This document shows positions 54,120 to 64,000 of a stretch of 64,000 bases of DNA, piece after piece. The translations under genes and the position numbers were made by a program. The notes below the pieces were generated by a model, which made no database searches, was not told where the DNA came from, and saw only the letters and a program-made list of their open reading frames with translations. The stretch covers positions 6,861,218-6,925,217 of the forward strand of contig NC_068999.1 in assembly GCF_001194135.2 (NCBI RefSeq), written 5' to 3'. Positions within the stretch are counted from its first letter, which is position 1; each line of letters begins with the position of its first letter. The DNA is from Octopus bimaculoides (Eukaryota).

Positions 54120-56100
54120 TTCCTCCAGTGGCCCAGATATAACTGAAGCCTTCTCAATCCTGAAGTTGATTTTGAAATTTAGGGATCTATACTTGCAGAC
54201 AAAGCTGTCAAGATATATAAAAGAATCGGCCACATTAAGTCCAACTCCTTGGACATATGTGGTTCCATCCTTGTCCATCCTCGAGCAGATGTAAGCATCA
54301 TCTTAGTTTTCTTGAGAATTATCATTGCATGTTCAATAGCAGTAGTGGACAGGTTCATCATTTTCTGAATGACTCGTTTTGAGTGAGCCACAAGAACACA
54401 ATCATCAACATACAACAAATTGTAAACAAGGGTTATAAAAGTGCTCGATTGAGACTTGAAATGATTGAGATTAACCCATCAGCATTTAGGTAACTCTGTC
54501 AAATATAATGCTTATCTGTACACTTTGTTTTGTCTTAATCATAGATTATCTTGCAGCTTCAGTATTTTGATTATGTAACAGTTTATTTTTAGAATGACAT
54601 TGTAGGGCAAGTGTGAGAGGGCAGAGATGGCCAGTTTCAACATAAAACTGATAGAATATTCGGGCCAGATGCAGCCAGTTTAAATTGTTTACGTGTTGTG
54701 TGTGATAGTGGACAAAGATGTCTAGACTGGAGCCCTTGAAAATGCATGAGCAATCACCATTAGAAAAAATGACATGGAAAACAAAAAGCTGGCACAAGTA
54801 CATCCTTCTGGACCACTGGAATCAGATTCTACCAAGTGCTATTTGAGCTGAAGTAGGCCTCCATACCAATATGAAGTTAGACAAACAAACCAACAGACTT
54901 AAGTGGCCACCCCAACTCTCTCGAGATTCTCCACAGTGCATATCTATTCATGACAGAATTTAACTACATTCCTCTCACACACTTGTGAAATGCTCCCCTA
55001 CTCCCTACCCCCGATCTACTGTCCACATTCTCACTTATATTCACCTTATTGTACCTTGAGAGTTTGCTCTGATGCCTACCCTCCCCCCCTACCAAATTTA
55101 TCTTCTTCCCACTTACTCCCACATGCTATGGGTTAGTCATGTGTCTCCTCTGTAACAATACACCTGCATGTGATCCTCTATCATACTTTATAAAGCCATC
55201 CCTTCTCAAATACACCCACCTCCACTTAACCGAGCAACTTCTCTTTTTCTTCTTTTTGTCCTGCAAGTCACTTGGTGGGCTCACTTAGTGCCAGCAACAT
55301 GATAAAAGCATCCAGTGCACTGTGTAAAGTGGTTGGCATTAGAAAGGGAAACCAGCCATAGAAACCATGCTAAAGTTGACAGTGGAGCTTGATGCAGTCC
55401 TGCAGCTCATTGGATCTTGTCAAACTACCCAACTCATGCCAAAAGAAAAAAACAAAGGGTAAAAGGGAAGTCTGGACTGTAACAAATTCTTTTGCAACTG
55501 TCTGTGATGCTAAGGATCATATCTGTGGTGCCCCTCCCAAATCTAAATCTACACTGAGGCACTGGGACAATGATGATGGACCATACATAGGTCTACTGTC
55601 AATTCAGGTAAAACCTGGTGAATATCTTAACCAACAGTTAGAAGCAAAGAAATACCATAAAAGTTAACACAGTTGAGTTTGACACCTTCTCCCTTGTCCA
55701 GTGAAATCAGTGTAGTGTGTCTCCAACCGAGTGGAACTGGTGAACCATTGCCTTCATTGACAGTTACAGTGGTGGCAAGGTCAGCCGTTAAACCAAGCTT
55801 GGCAATCTCAGCGGGGACATCATTGGCTCTGTGGAGCTTTTCCTGGCTGCAGCAAGTCTTCTATGAATTCTCATCTATTGTTGATGGATTATGAAAAAAA
55901 AAAAAAGATCTGCAAAATACTCCATCAACCTTTTTCAGCAGTAGATCCATCTCTAGAATGGAGAGGAGCAAGTATTTGTTTTGAAGTCCTTTTTCGCTAA
56001 GGTGAGTTGAATGTCTATGCATATGCTCAACCATTACCCATTCTTCAGTGTCCTCAGTAAAGTTGGTTTATGGTGCTTCATGTAGTTCTCTGTAATCAGA
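54120..56100 (-). mobile_element. Fragmented RTE-clade LINE reverse transcriptase remnant
   Basis: Collinear decayed motifs on the minus strand: PSTIDE..NDVPAEIAK..WRHTTLISLDKGEG and YGISLL (55590-55900), QCRFRFGRGTTDMI (~55520), VQKDVLVP (~54800), LLYVDDCVLVAHS..ILKKTKMM (ORF 54179..54418). Interrupted by later insertions. Confidence 0.8.
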
Positions 56101-56149
56101 TATTGCTTTCTCAGAAAATTAGAAGCAATTTTAAGAACAGTATGTATAC

Positions 56150-56420
56150 ATGCATTTACATATACATCTATTTATATAAACACACATACACGCATTTACA
56201 TATAGACATAGTTATACATATATTATAAATATACATATACAGTGAAACAGACATGCATATACATATATGTGCATATAGTTATACATACATATGCACATAC
56301 AGTTATTATACATAGTTATACATACATGTGCACATACAGTTATATATACATGTGCACATACAGTTATACACACATGTGTACATAGTTATACATACATGTG
56401 CACATACAGTTATAGATAGG
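56150..56420. repeat. Minisatellite (ATACATGTGCACATACAGTTAT-like units)
   Basis: Repeated CATACAGTTAT / GTGCACATAC units. Confidence 0.75.
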
Positions 56421-56452
56421 TATATATAAACAAAATGTTATACATACACACA

Positions 56453-57459
56453 TACAGGAATGTTGTCCTGAAAATAGTGCAAAAGTAGGCATAAATCTTT
56501 GGTATAGTAATTCTTCCTGTTCATCTCCATTGCAAGCAAACAATGACTTGTCAACAGAAGAACTGTAGTGCACCATCACCAAGTTGACAAAGGAATGGTG
56601 CAGGCTGTCCAACATCCACAGAAAGCTATAAGCTGTTTATAGGGACAACACTACTGACAAAAGTAATGTGCTTAGATGGATGAAGACGCTTGACGAAGGG
56701 GAAGCTGGGTTTAAGACAAACCATGCAATGGAAGACCACCACTATGACTACTGACACAAATCGCTAGCATGTGGACGAGGCACAATCCTTGAGCTTAGGG
56801 AGTCTGCTCTTATTTGATGAAAGAGTACAGACAGGTTTTTTTTTCTTCCTATGTGGTGATAGAGGATGGAAAATGGCTGTTTCTTTATAATACAGAAACA
56901 AAGGCTCAGTCCATGGAATGGTGTCACATGTTCTACAAGGCTTAAGAAGCTCAAGAGTCGGTCATGATGAGGGTATCATTTCGCTTGGTACTGGTACATT
57001 GAGACATCCAAAAAGCATAGAGAAGCCATCAAGGAAAGAGAGACCAAACAAGAATCTGAAAGCAATACATTCACTAGGACTACCCATATCTGACAACATA
57101 TCAAGCAATCGGCAAATTCGACTGGCCATAATCCCCTAATCCCCATTCAACCCAGATCTGGACTCCATCTGACTTCCACTCGTTTAGTCCAACGAAGGAC
57201 AGTCACCAGAGACAATGATCTGATGACACGGACAAAGTGAAAGTAGCTGTGAAGAAGTGGGTACAACATTGCAAATCTGAATCTTTCAAAGAGGGATTGA
57301 GAACAGGGTTCAACAACGGCACAAATACACAGCTTGCGACAGAGTTTGTGGAGTATCAGCTTTTTAGAAGGGAAGGACAACTCTATCAATATGTACAGTT
57401 TGAACAAACTATTTCAGATAATGAAAAAAGTTATGCTCACTTTTGGGACAAACTGCATA
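56453..57459 (+). mobile_element. Decayed mariner-type DNA transposon
   Basis: NIHRKL*AVYRDNTTDKSNVLRWMK (HTH region), DGKWLFLYNTETKAQSMEWCH (cf. GDETW..Y.PETK.QS.EW), NPDL/PSDFHSF (cf. YSPDLAPSDF). Degenerate terminal repeats flanked by TA. Confidence 0.8.
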
Positions 57460-57471
57460 TATTCATATACA

Positions 57472-58350
57472 TACAGGGTGCGATGGGTAAATTGTTGCCA
57501 TTTTATATTTTTAATTTCATGCATGCGCATTGTTTGTTTTTGATTTTGTCAACTACACAGTATAGTAGGGTCAGTTGGGCACCATCTGTGAGAAAAACAG
57601 CTCCATGACGCAATTCACTCTGCCAGAAATTAGGAAACAACATGCTGTACTGCTTGGCATTTGCACCGGAAGCTCCAGTACGAACATTTCAGAGTGTTTA
57701 GGTGTCAATCTGAGAACCTGTACGAAGAGTGATAAAAATCAAACATCCAGTCAACATCATGGCATTTGGAGTGATCACTAGTGATGGCGGTGTTATGCCT
57801 CCACTCATCTTCCCACACAGCCTCAGACTCAATACAGAGACCTACATCAAGTAGTGTGGAGGAGATAATGCTGCCCTGAGTCAAGGGGGTGACTGCTGGA
57901 AGACCCTGTGTCTGGCAACAGGACTCTGCACCATGTCACACAAGCAGGAGAACCCAGTCATGGCTGTCAGATAATTTCTGCGACCACATCACCCCTAACA
58001 TCTGGCCACCTAACTCCCCCAGACTGCAAACCCCTTAATTGTTATGCGTGGAGCGCAGTTGAGCGAGAGACCAACAAAAGTCCTTGTAACACCAAAGATG
58101 AACTGAAGACAAGGATTATGGCAGCATTCACCAACTGAAACAAGGAGACCGTTCAGAAGAGTTGCAGGAGATTCCGAAGTCGTCTGGAGGCCATGGTTGA
58201 AGCCAATGGCGATTTTATTGAATAAATCTACTCTTTTGTATTTCCAGATAGTTTTATGTTACGTCGGTAAATATATCTGTTAAAATGAGATGTCAGTGTT
58301 ATTTTCATTTTTGTGTAATTCAGATGACAATTTATTCACCACACCCTGTA
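57472..58350 (+). mobile_element. Internally deleted Tc1/mariner-superfamily element (maT/DD37D-like), TA-flanked, with TIRs
   Basis: TA-CAGGGTG(C/T)G(A/G)TG..TAAATTGT inverted ends. HTH-like start LLGICTGSSSTNISECLGVNLRT, then MAFGVITSDG, WQQDSAPCHTS, WPPNSPDCKPL and RLEAMVEANGDFIE*. Confidence 0.88.
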
Positions 58351-58354
58351 TATG

Positions 58355-58426
<72 letters not shown>

Positions 58427-58499
58427 CACACACACAGAGAAAAAAGCATTAGGACCATGTAACCCATGCTAGCATGAAAGCCTATGAGTACAATGTGAA

Positions 58500-59304
58500 A
58501 TAATGGTTTCAAATTTTGCCACAAGGGCAGCAATTTTGGGGGAGGGGACGAGTCGATTACATTGACCCACCCCCCTCCCCAGTGTTCAACTGGTACTTAT
58601 TTTATCGACCCCGAAAGGATGAAAGGCAAAGTCGACCGCGGCGGAATTTGAACTCTGAACGTGAAGACGGGCGAAATGTCGCTCAGCAGTATTGCCCAGC
58701 GTGCTAACGATTCTGCCATCTCGCCGCCTTTACAATGTGAGATAATGATGTTGCTATATAAACATATACATGAACACACACACATTATGTAAATATATAT
58801 ATTATATACCCGCACATACATATATGCATACACACATATATATATACACGTTGTACACACACATATATATATATATATATACACGCACGAAAATACATAC
58901 ATATAGATATGTATACAATTGTGCGCGCGCTCTGCATTTTTACAGTGGAATCGTTTTTTTGAAATGAGAGGAAGTTGGGGTGGGTGGAAAAAAGTGAGAT
59001 TTTGTTTGATCTTGTCTCCTAAACCTTGCATGAACAAGAAAGTGAAACGAAATTGGATGTTGTGGTGTTCATGCCTGCTTTTCAACGGGAACCAGCAACG
59101 CATATGGAGAGAGAAACCGGCTTGGAAATATGCGAGGTTATTAAACGAAACGAACGTTTATCAACCAGGATTGCCGGGTCGGGGGTAGAAGACATGCAAC
59201 TGCTCTTAGACAAAATAACAACAATAATAATGGTCTCTAATTTAGAAACCAGCAATTTTGAGGGAAGGGAGTCAGTCGATATCACCGACCAGTATAAGAC
59301 TGGT

Positions 59305-59340
<36 letters not shown>

Positions 59341-60950
59341 CTTCTTTCTACTAGAAGGCACAAGGCCTGAAAATTTCGGGGAAGAGGCCAGTCGATATTA
59401 TCAATCAGTGTGCGTGACTGGTACTTAGTATGATCGACCCTGAAAGATTAAGTGCTAAGTTGAAATGTGAGATTCGAACTCAGAACAAAAAGAAATATAG
59501 CAAAGCAATGTTTCCCTCGACGACGCTCTTAAACGATTTTCTACCAGTCAAGCCCACCTCAATATTACTAACAATCATTTTAAACCAGGCACAATGTATA
59601 TATCATGTATGAAGAAAATGCACTATCGAATCGGGTCCTTGTATCCGTTGCTGGCAATTTACTTCATCGATGTGAAATAAATGTCAAAAAGCCGAAAATA
59701 ATTGTGATAATGATTCCTAAAAGAGACAGATACATTCTGAGAGCAGCGGTGGAAATGTCAGTCAAAGTAATTAGACAAACCGTATTTAGTTGGTACTTTT
59801 ACTTTAATCAATCCCAGAAGGACGAAAGATATACACAGCCAACCTCGGCGAGATTCGAATTTAATAATTAATAACGATGGTAATGATTTGTTATATTTGC
59901 CACAAGGGCCCAATATACCGAGGACGATATCAAAGGATAAGATGCAAGACGCGAAAAGATGGGTTCATGTCGATCAAAGGGAGACATTGCAACTATAAGA
60001 TAACAAAATGATATAAAAATAGGATTAAGTAAACTACATAATTAGTAAATAGGATCCCCAAAAGGCGGGATCATCCACCTAGAGTAGGTAATTCGGGGTG
60101 AAAACCTCGCACAAGAAAGAATACCGGATTATTCTGCCATCTCCAAGGCATGGGAAGTGCCATCTTTCCTCCTACTTAATAATCCTTTCTAATATAAGCA
60201 CAAGGCCTGGAATTCGTGGGGAGGAGGACAGTCGATGGCATCAACCCCAGTAATTAACTGGTTTTTAATTTATTAATCCCGAAAGGATGAAAGGCAAGGT
60301 CGACCTCAATGGAATTTGAACTGAGAACATAGCGGTAGATGAAATACCGCTAAGCATTTCGTCCGTTTGCGGTTTAAGGCACAAGGCCTGCAATTTTGAA
60401 GGGAGGCGATCTGTCTCCAGTATATCGGCTTCAGGTACCTCACTTACCTTCATTACATTATCCCAAAGAAGAAATGAAAAGCGAAGTATATCTCAGCAGG
60501 GTTTGATCTCAGAACATAAAAGGACCAGAAAAAAAAAGAGAAAGAGAGAGATAGAGCAATTGCCAGGCATTTTCCGACGCTTCAACGATTCTGCCAACTA
60601 AATAATAATAATCATGATGAAAATGATGATGATGACTTTGTTTCTGAAATTTAAGGGAAAGGGATAAGTCTATTGCATAGACCTAGTGCATGAATGATAC
60701 TTTATTCTATCGACCCTTGAAATGCAAAGCTGGCCCCGGCAAGATTCCGCCAGCGAAATCCTAATAATAGTAATAATAATAACAGTTTCTAATTTAGGCA
60801 TAAAACTCGCGGTTTTAAAGGGAGGTGGTTTAGTCGATACCATCAATCCCCCACCACCACCACCACTAGTATTTGGTTGGTACATTTTGTGGGCTCCCGA
60901 GGGACGATGAACGAAGCTGACCTCGGTGGGATTCGAACCCAGATCGTTCT
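58500..60950 (-). mobile_element. Array of about eight same-strand family C SINE copies and fragments
   Basis: Copies start near 58500, 59225, 59340, 59715, 60180, 60372, 60640 and 60783. Confidence 0.78.
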
Positions 60951-61047
60951 GATAAAGCTTTAAATATGTAATGAAAAGGTGAAAAAATAAAGGAAATCTT
61001 GAAGTGAAAGCGGTTCACAATATATTCGGGAAATAGCTGAGGTATAA

Positions 61048-61086
<39 letters not shown>

Positions 61087-61525
61087 CAAATAAACAAGCA
61101 TCATGATTGAGGGGGATAGAGGAAAAAAAAGGTATGAAATGTGTAACTGAGGACATATTAAGGAATGCAGATGAAAAATAAAAGGCTTTAGAAAGGGGAA
61201 ATCGAACAAAGGAGCACCAATAATTTATTAGGGATCGAAATATAGAATTGTAAACATGCGAGTCTCAAAGACTCTTATGTGCCGGTATAATAATAATAAT
61301 GAAGGGGATGAGGAAGAGGACTAAACAGAATGAAAGAGAAAGAGTTGCCAGAGAAATTAGAAAGACAAAGAGGTAGAAAGAGAGGGACGGGAGAAAGACT
61401 AGTAGTAGTGAGTAAGTAGGAGGAAGGGGAGGGCGCTCTTTTTCTGCCATATTGAAAAACTAGCAAATGTTGGTTTATCCTTCGATCAAAGACATTGAGA
61501 TTGTGTATTTCTGAGAAATGCTTAC

Positions 61526-61605
61526 CTTCCGTAAATGCTATCAGTTATTTTGCTGCGCTTCACCGGGCGCCGCAGTTTGCCACTCTCGGCATTCCGTCTC
61601 TTCAT
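61526..61605 (-). CDS. MACO1: Macoilin coding exon 1 (80 nt): MKRRNAESGKLRRPVKRSKITDSIYG+AG
   Basis: Manual translation closely matches the recalled macoilin N-terminus (human MKRRNADCSKLRRPLKRNRITEGIYGS). ATG at 61605 has A at -3. The exon ends at a GTAAGC donor in phase 2, matching exon 2. Confidence 0.96.
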
Positions 61606-62114
61606 ATTCCAATACGAACCGATGTTTTCTCTCCTTTCTTTCAAGCGAGCTAGCTTAGAAATGACAAAATAACAACACTGTGTATGCGTATGTGTACGTG
61701 TGTGTGTGTGTGTGTGTGTGTGCCTGCCTATGTATGTATATGTGTGTGTTCTAGCGTGTGTGTGTGCGTACTTATTGTAATTGCTTGTTTTTGTTGTTGT
61801 TATTTGTCTCTTCAGTTTTTTTTTTTTAATTTGTTAAAATCGTAAATCCTCACATTAAACTCTCAACTAATTTTCCACAAATAAAAATCAAGAATTACGT
61901 TAAAAGATAAAACAAAAAACACAAGAAACAAGACAAAAATATATTCCAACGAGACTTGTACGAGATCCTGCCGCGCGTTAGTTTGACGTAAAAACAACCA
62001 TTCTCAACAGCGTCTATTACAATACGGAAAGTTCCGTAAACCCAGCATTCACTACGTCAATTTACGTACATTTCCGTATCCCGTTTCGTTAAAGATCGTT
62101 ACTTTCCGTAGTTG

Positions 62115-62129
62115 CTTCAAGAATATTCC
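62115..62129. promoter_or_regulatory. Canonical three-unit heat-shock element (cTTCaaGAAtaTTCc)
   Basis: Exact match to nTTCnnGAAnnTTCn upstream of a chaperonin gene. A second partial GAAagTTC is at 62027-62034. Confidence 0.7.
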
Positions 62130-62130
62130 G

Positions 62131-62138
62131 TATAAATT
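62131..62138 (+). promoter_or_regulatory. TATA-like box (TATAAATT) for CCT8
   Basis: About 30 nt upstream of a 20-nt pure pyrimidine run (62151-62170) and 78 nt upstream of the CCT8 ATG. Confidence 0.55.
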
Positions 62139-62208
62139 GCATTTCACCCATCTTTTCTCTTTCTCTCTCCGAAATTCTTCAGCTCTTCGCAATTATTTCC
62201 CTCACACC

Positions 62209-62268
62209 ATGGCACTACACGTACCAAAAGCACCCGGCTTCTCTTCTATGTTAAAAGAGGGTGCAAGG
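62209..62268 (+). CDS. CCT8: T-complex protein 1 subunit theta (CCT8) coding exon 1 (60 nt): MALHVPKAPGFSSMLKEGAR
   Basis: CACC-ATG-G start context. The peptide matches the recalled CCT8 N-terminus (human MALHVPKAPGFAQMLKEGAK). Followed by a consensus GTAAGT donor at 62269. Exon 2 was not found before 64000. Confidence 0.94.
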
Positions 62269-62959
62269 GTAAGTTAACGAGTTATTTTCGAGGATTTCAC
62301 TTTAAAATTTAACACAAAAACTTGAAAGACCATGTGAGCAGTCATTAATTAAATTCCAATTAATGGTGCTTGTCTTGTTTATTTCCTCAGTTTCTTCATT
62401 GTTATAATTAATTCTGAACACAATTTTACTCTATGATGTTGCCTCAATTACTTAAAAACATATTTTTACAATAAATTACCACATAAGACCTTAATTAATT
62501 AAATAAAAACCGCTTTCTTCCTCTCCCAATGGCCGGGGCGTGATGATAAATACCGCTTTTATAATTAATATCTAAACCATGCGGCCTCTTATTCCCTGTT
62601 ACTATTAGAATTTCTACCTATTTTTATTTACTACATTTATAGATATGTGTTTTAAATTTTTATAATAATGTCATCTGTTGATTGCATGTTCTTGATTTTG
62701 CATGCTGTGTCATCTAAGCGGGTCATAAAGTTACCCATTGATGGAAATTATGAAGGCACCACATGGCATATTACATCTCATATCCATGCTTAACGACTGA
62801 ACCCCATTTATTAAAAAGACTTTATTTTAAATTTTGTATTCTAACAACGGTACAGCATCTCAGTATATTGTTTAATGTCATCATCATTTACTCTGGTTCT
62901 CCCTTCCCCGCCATTTTGCCCTCTTCTTTTTATTTTATTTCGTAACGTTCGCTGACATG

Positions 62960-62998
<39 letters not shown>

Positions 62999-64000
62999 CA
63001 CATATAAAATCAAGGGTTCTTTTCGATCAGTCATGAGCAAACAGCGGCTCGTCTGATTAATGAGGCTCGCTTCTTGAAAAAGGTTCCCCCATGCCGGTCC
63101 TAGATAGTCTCTTGTCCTGTCCTGCCAGAAATACCAGCCACATCACATCCCACCTTGTCATACACTAAAAAAAAAAAAAAAAAAACATGACACCTTGGAT
63201 GTTTTAGTTCTAGATAAGGTACTATTCAAGAAGAGTGGTCCCGGTGCGCGCTCTCGCGAATAGTACCCTAGATAATTAGGACGTGATGGTTACGGATGGA
63301 ACTCTTTTTATAGTGGGTCTGTTCGATCAGGGTTACCCTGATAAACTGGCTAAACAAAAGAAAAAGACCGGCGATATTCTTGGTTATTTTTCACATGAAT
63401 TTTACCGGGATCAATAAAATGAAGTACCCTTAATATACTGCCGATTATTAAATTTTCTGAAGTCACCGCACCCTTATCTTATAAAATAAGTTATGCTATT
63501 TCCGAGGGAAAAGCCATCGCCTCGGTTCTGGCATTTTCTTGCCTGTAATGAAAGTAATTTCGAAAAATGCAGCAATTTTTATGCCAAATATCTCGAAAAT
63601 GGCTTATAAGATCACCAGTGTTGAGTTATACTAACAGTGGTTACTAATAATTGCTCAAGTTCTTGTATTTCGTCTACTATTTGCACGTGGTTAGTTTTTG
63701 ACGATACCTAACCGGTTCAGCTCGTCCGTCTTTGGGAGATATGGTTGCCTGTACTATTTCCCCCACTTGTATGAATGAATAACCGCCTGATTTATTCAAA
63801 GTTACAGGACTTATAATATTGACCATAGGGTTTTTGAGTTGCTGCGGAGATTGTTTTTGTGTTGTTGTTGAAAGTAAATTAAAGTAGTTGGCGTAAGGAA
63901 GGGTTTCTAGACCTGCTTATGCTATTTAATAAATGGGCAAGAAAACGGCGTTAATTTGTCTTTATAAAAGCAATGAATGGTTATATTTAAGCATTTAATT
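62269..64000 (+). other. CCT8: CCT8 intron 1 (runs beyond the window)
   Basis: Donor at 62269. No HFSGLEEAV-like exon seen downstream; contains (TA)n and repeat fragments. Confidence 0.8.

Larger units (their letters stand above)
17046..61525 (-). other. MACO1: Macoilin intron 1 (44,480 bp including gaps)
   Basis: GT at 61525-61524 and AG at 17047-17046. The join AG+T rebuilds the Ser codon in frame. An intervening exon hidden in a gap cannot be excluded, but none is needed. Confidence 0.9.
61606..62208. promoter_or_regulatory. Bidirectional promoter and 5' leaders shared by MACO1 (-) and CCT8 (+)
   Basis: 603 bp between divergent ATGs, locally CpG-rich, with HSE, TATA-like box, TGACGTA sites at 61984 (+) and 62053 (-), and TTCCGTA x5. 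Transcription starts are not observed. Confidence 0.8.

Noticed and set aside
62530-62700. GTGATGA box C-like motif in CCT8 intron 1 (snoRNA candidate)
   Set aside because: No CTGA box D or terminal stem within the expected distance.
12010-64000. Regularly recurring repeats suggesting a CRISPR-like array or prokaryotic system
   Set aside because: The repeats are dispersed SINEs and MITEs of variable length in spliced eukaryotic DNA; no repeat-spacer periodicity, cas genes or operons.

Overview
AT-rich, repeat-dense animal genomic DNA with 10 N-gaps (~3.9 kb) and many (TA)n/(CA)n/(GA)n/(TAA)n microsatellites. The SINE families and gene style fit an octopus or other coleoid cephalopod; this is inferred from recalled repeat families, not a database search. 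Two protein-coding genes, both mostly or entirely missed by the ORF track, are recognisable. Macoilin (MACO1/TMEM57) is on the minus strand: coding exons 1-3 lie at 61526-61605, 16904-17045 and 6374-6500, with introns of 44,480 and 10,403 bp, and no later exon was found in the window. CCT8 (chaperonin theta) coding exon 1 is on the plus strand at 62209-62268. The two start codons are head-to-head, 603 bp apart, around a CpG-rich promoter with a perfect heat-shock element directly against a TATA-like box and five TTCCGTA motifs. The rest is intronic: dozens of SINE/retroposon copies from about six families, decayed Gypsy, CR1-group, RTE and L1/Tx1-like remnants, two adjacent Tc1/mariner-superfamily remnants and TTAA-flanked MITEs. 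The best leads are the shared MACO1/CCT8 promoter, an inverted repeat pair bracketing macoilin exon 2 (circRNA/editing architecture), an unexplained ~12 kb CpG-retaining domain inside intron 1, and intronic fold-back structures. I found no convincing evidence of a wholly new biological system. Repeat boundaries are approximate (read by eye); exon boundaries are exact.
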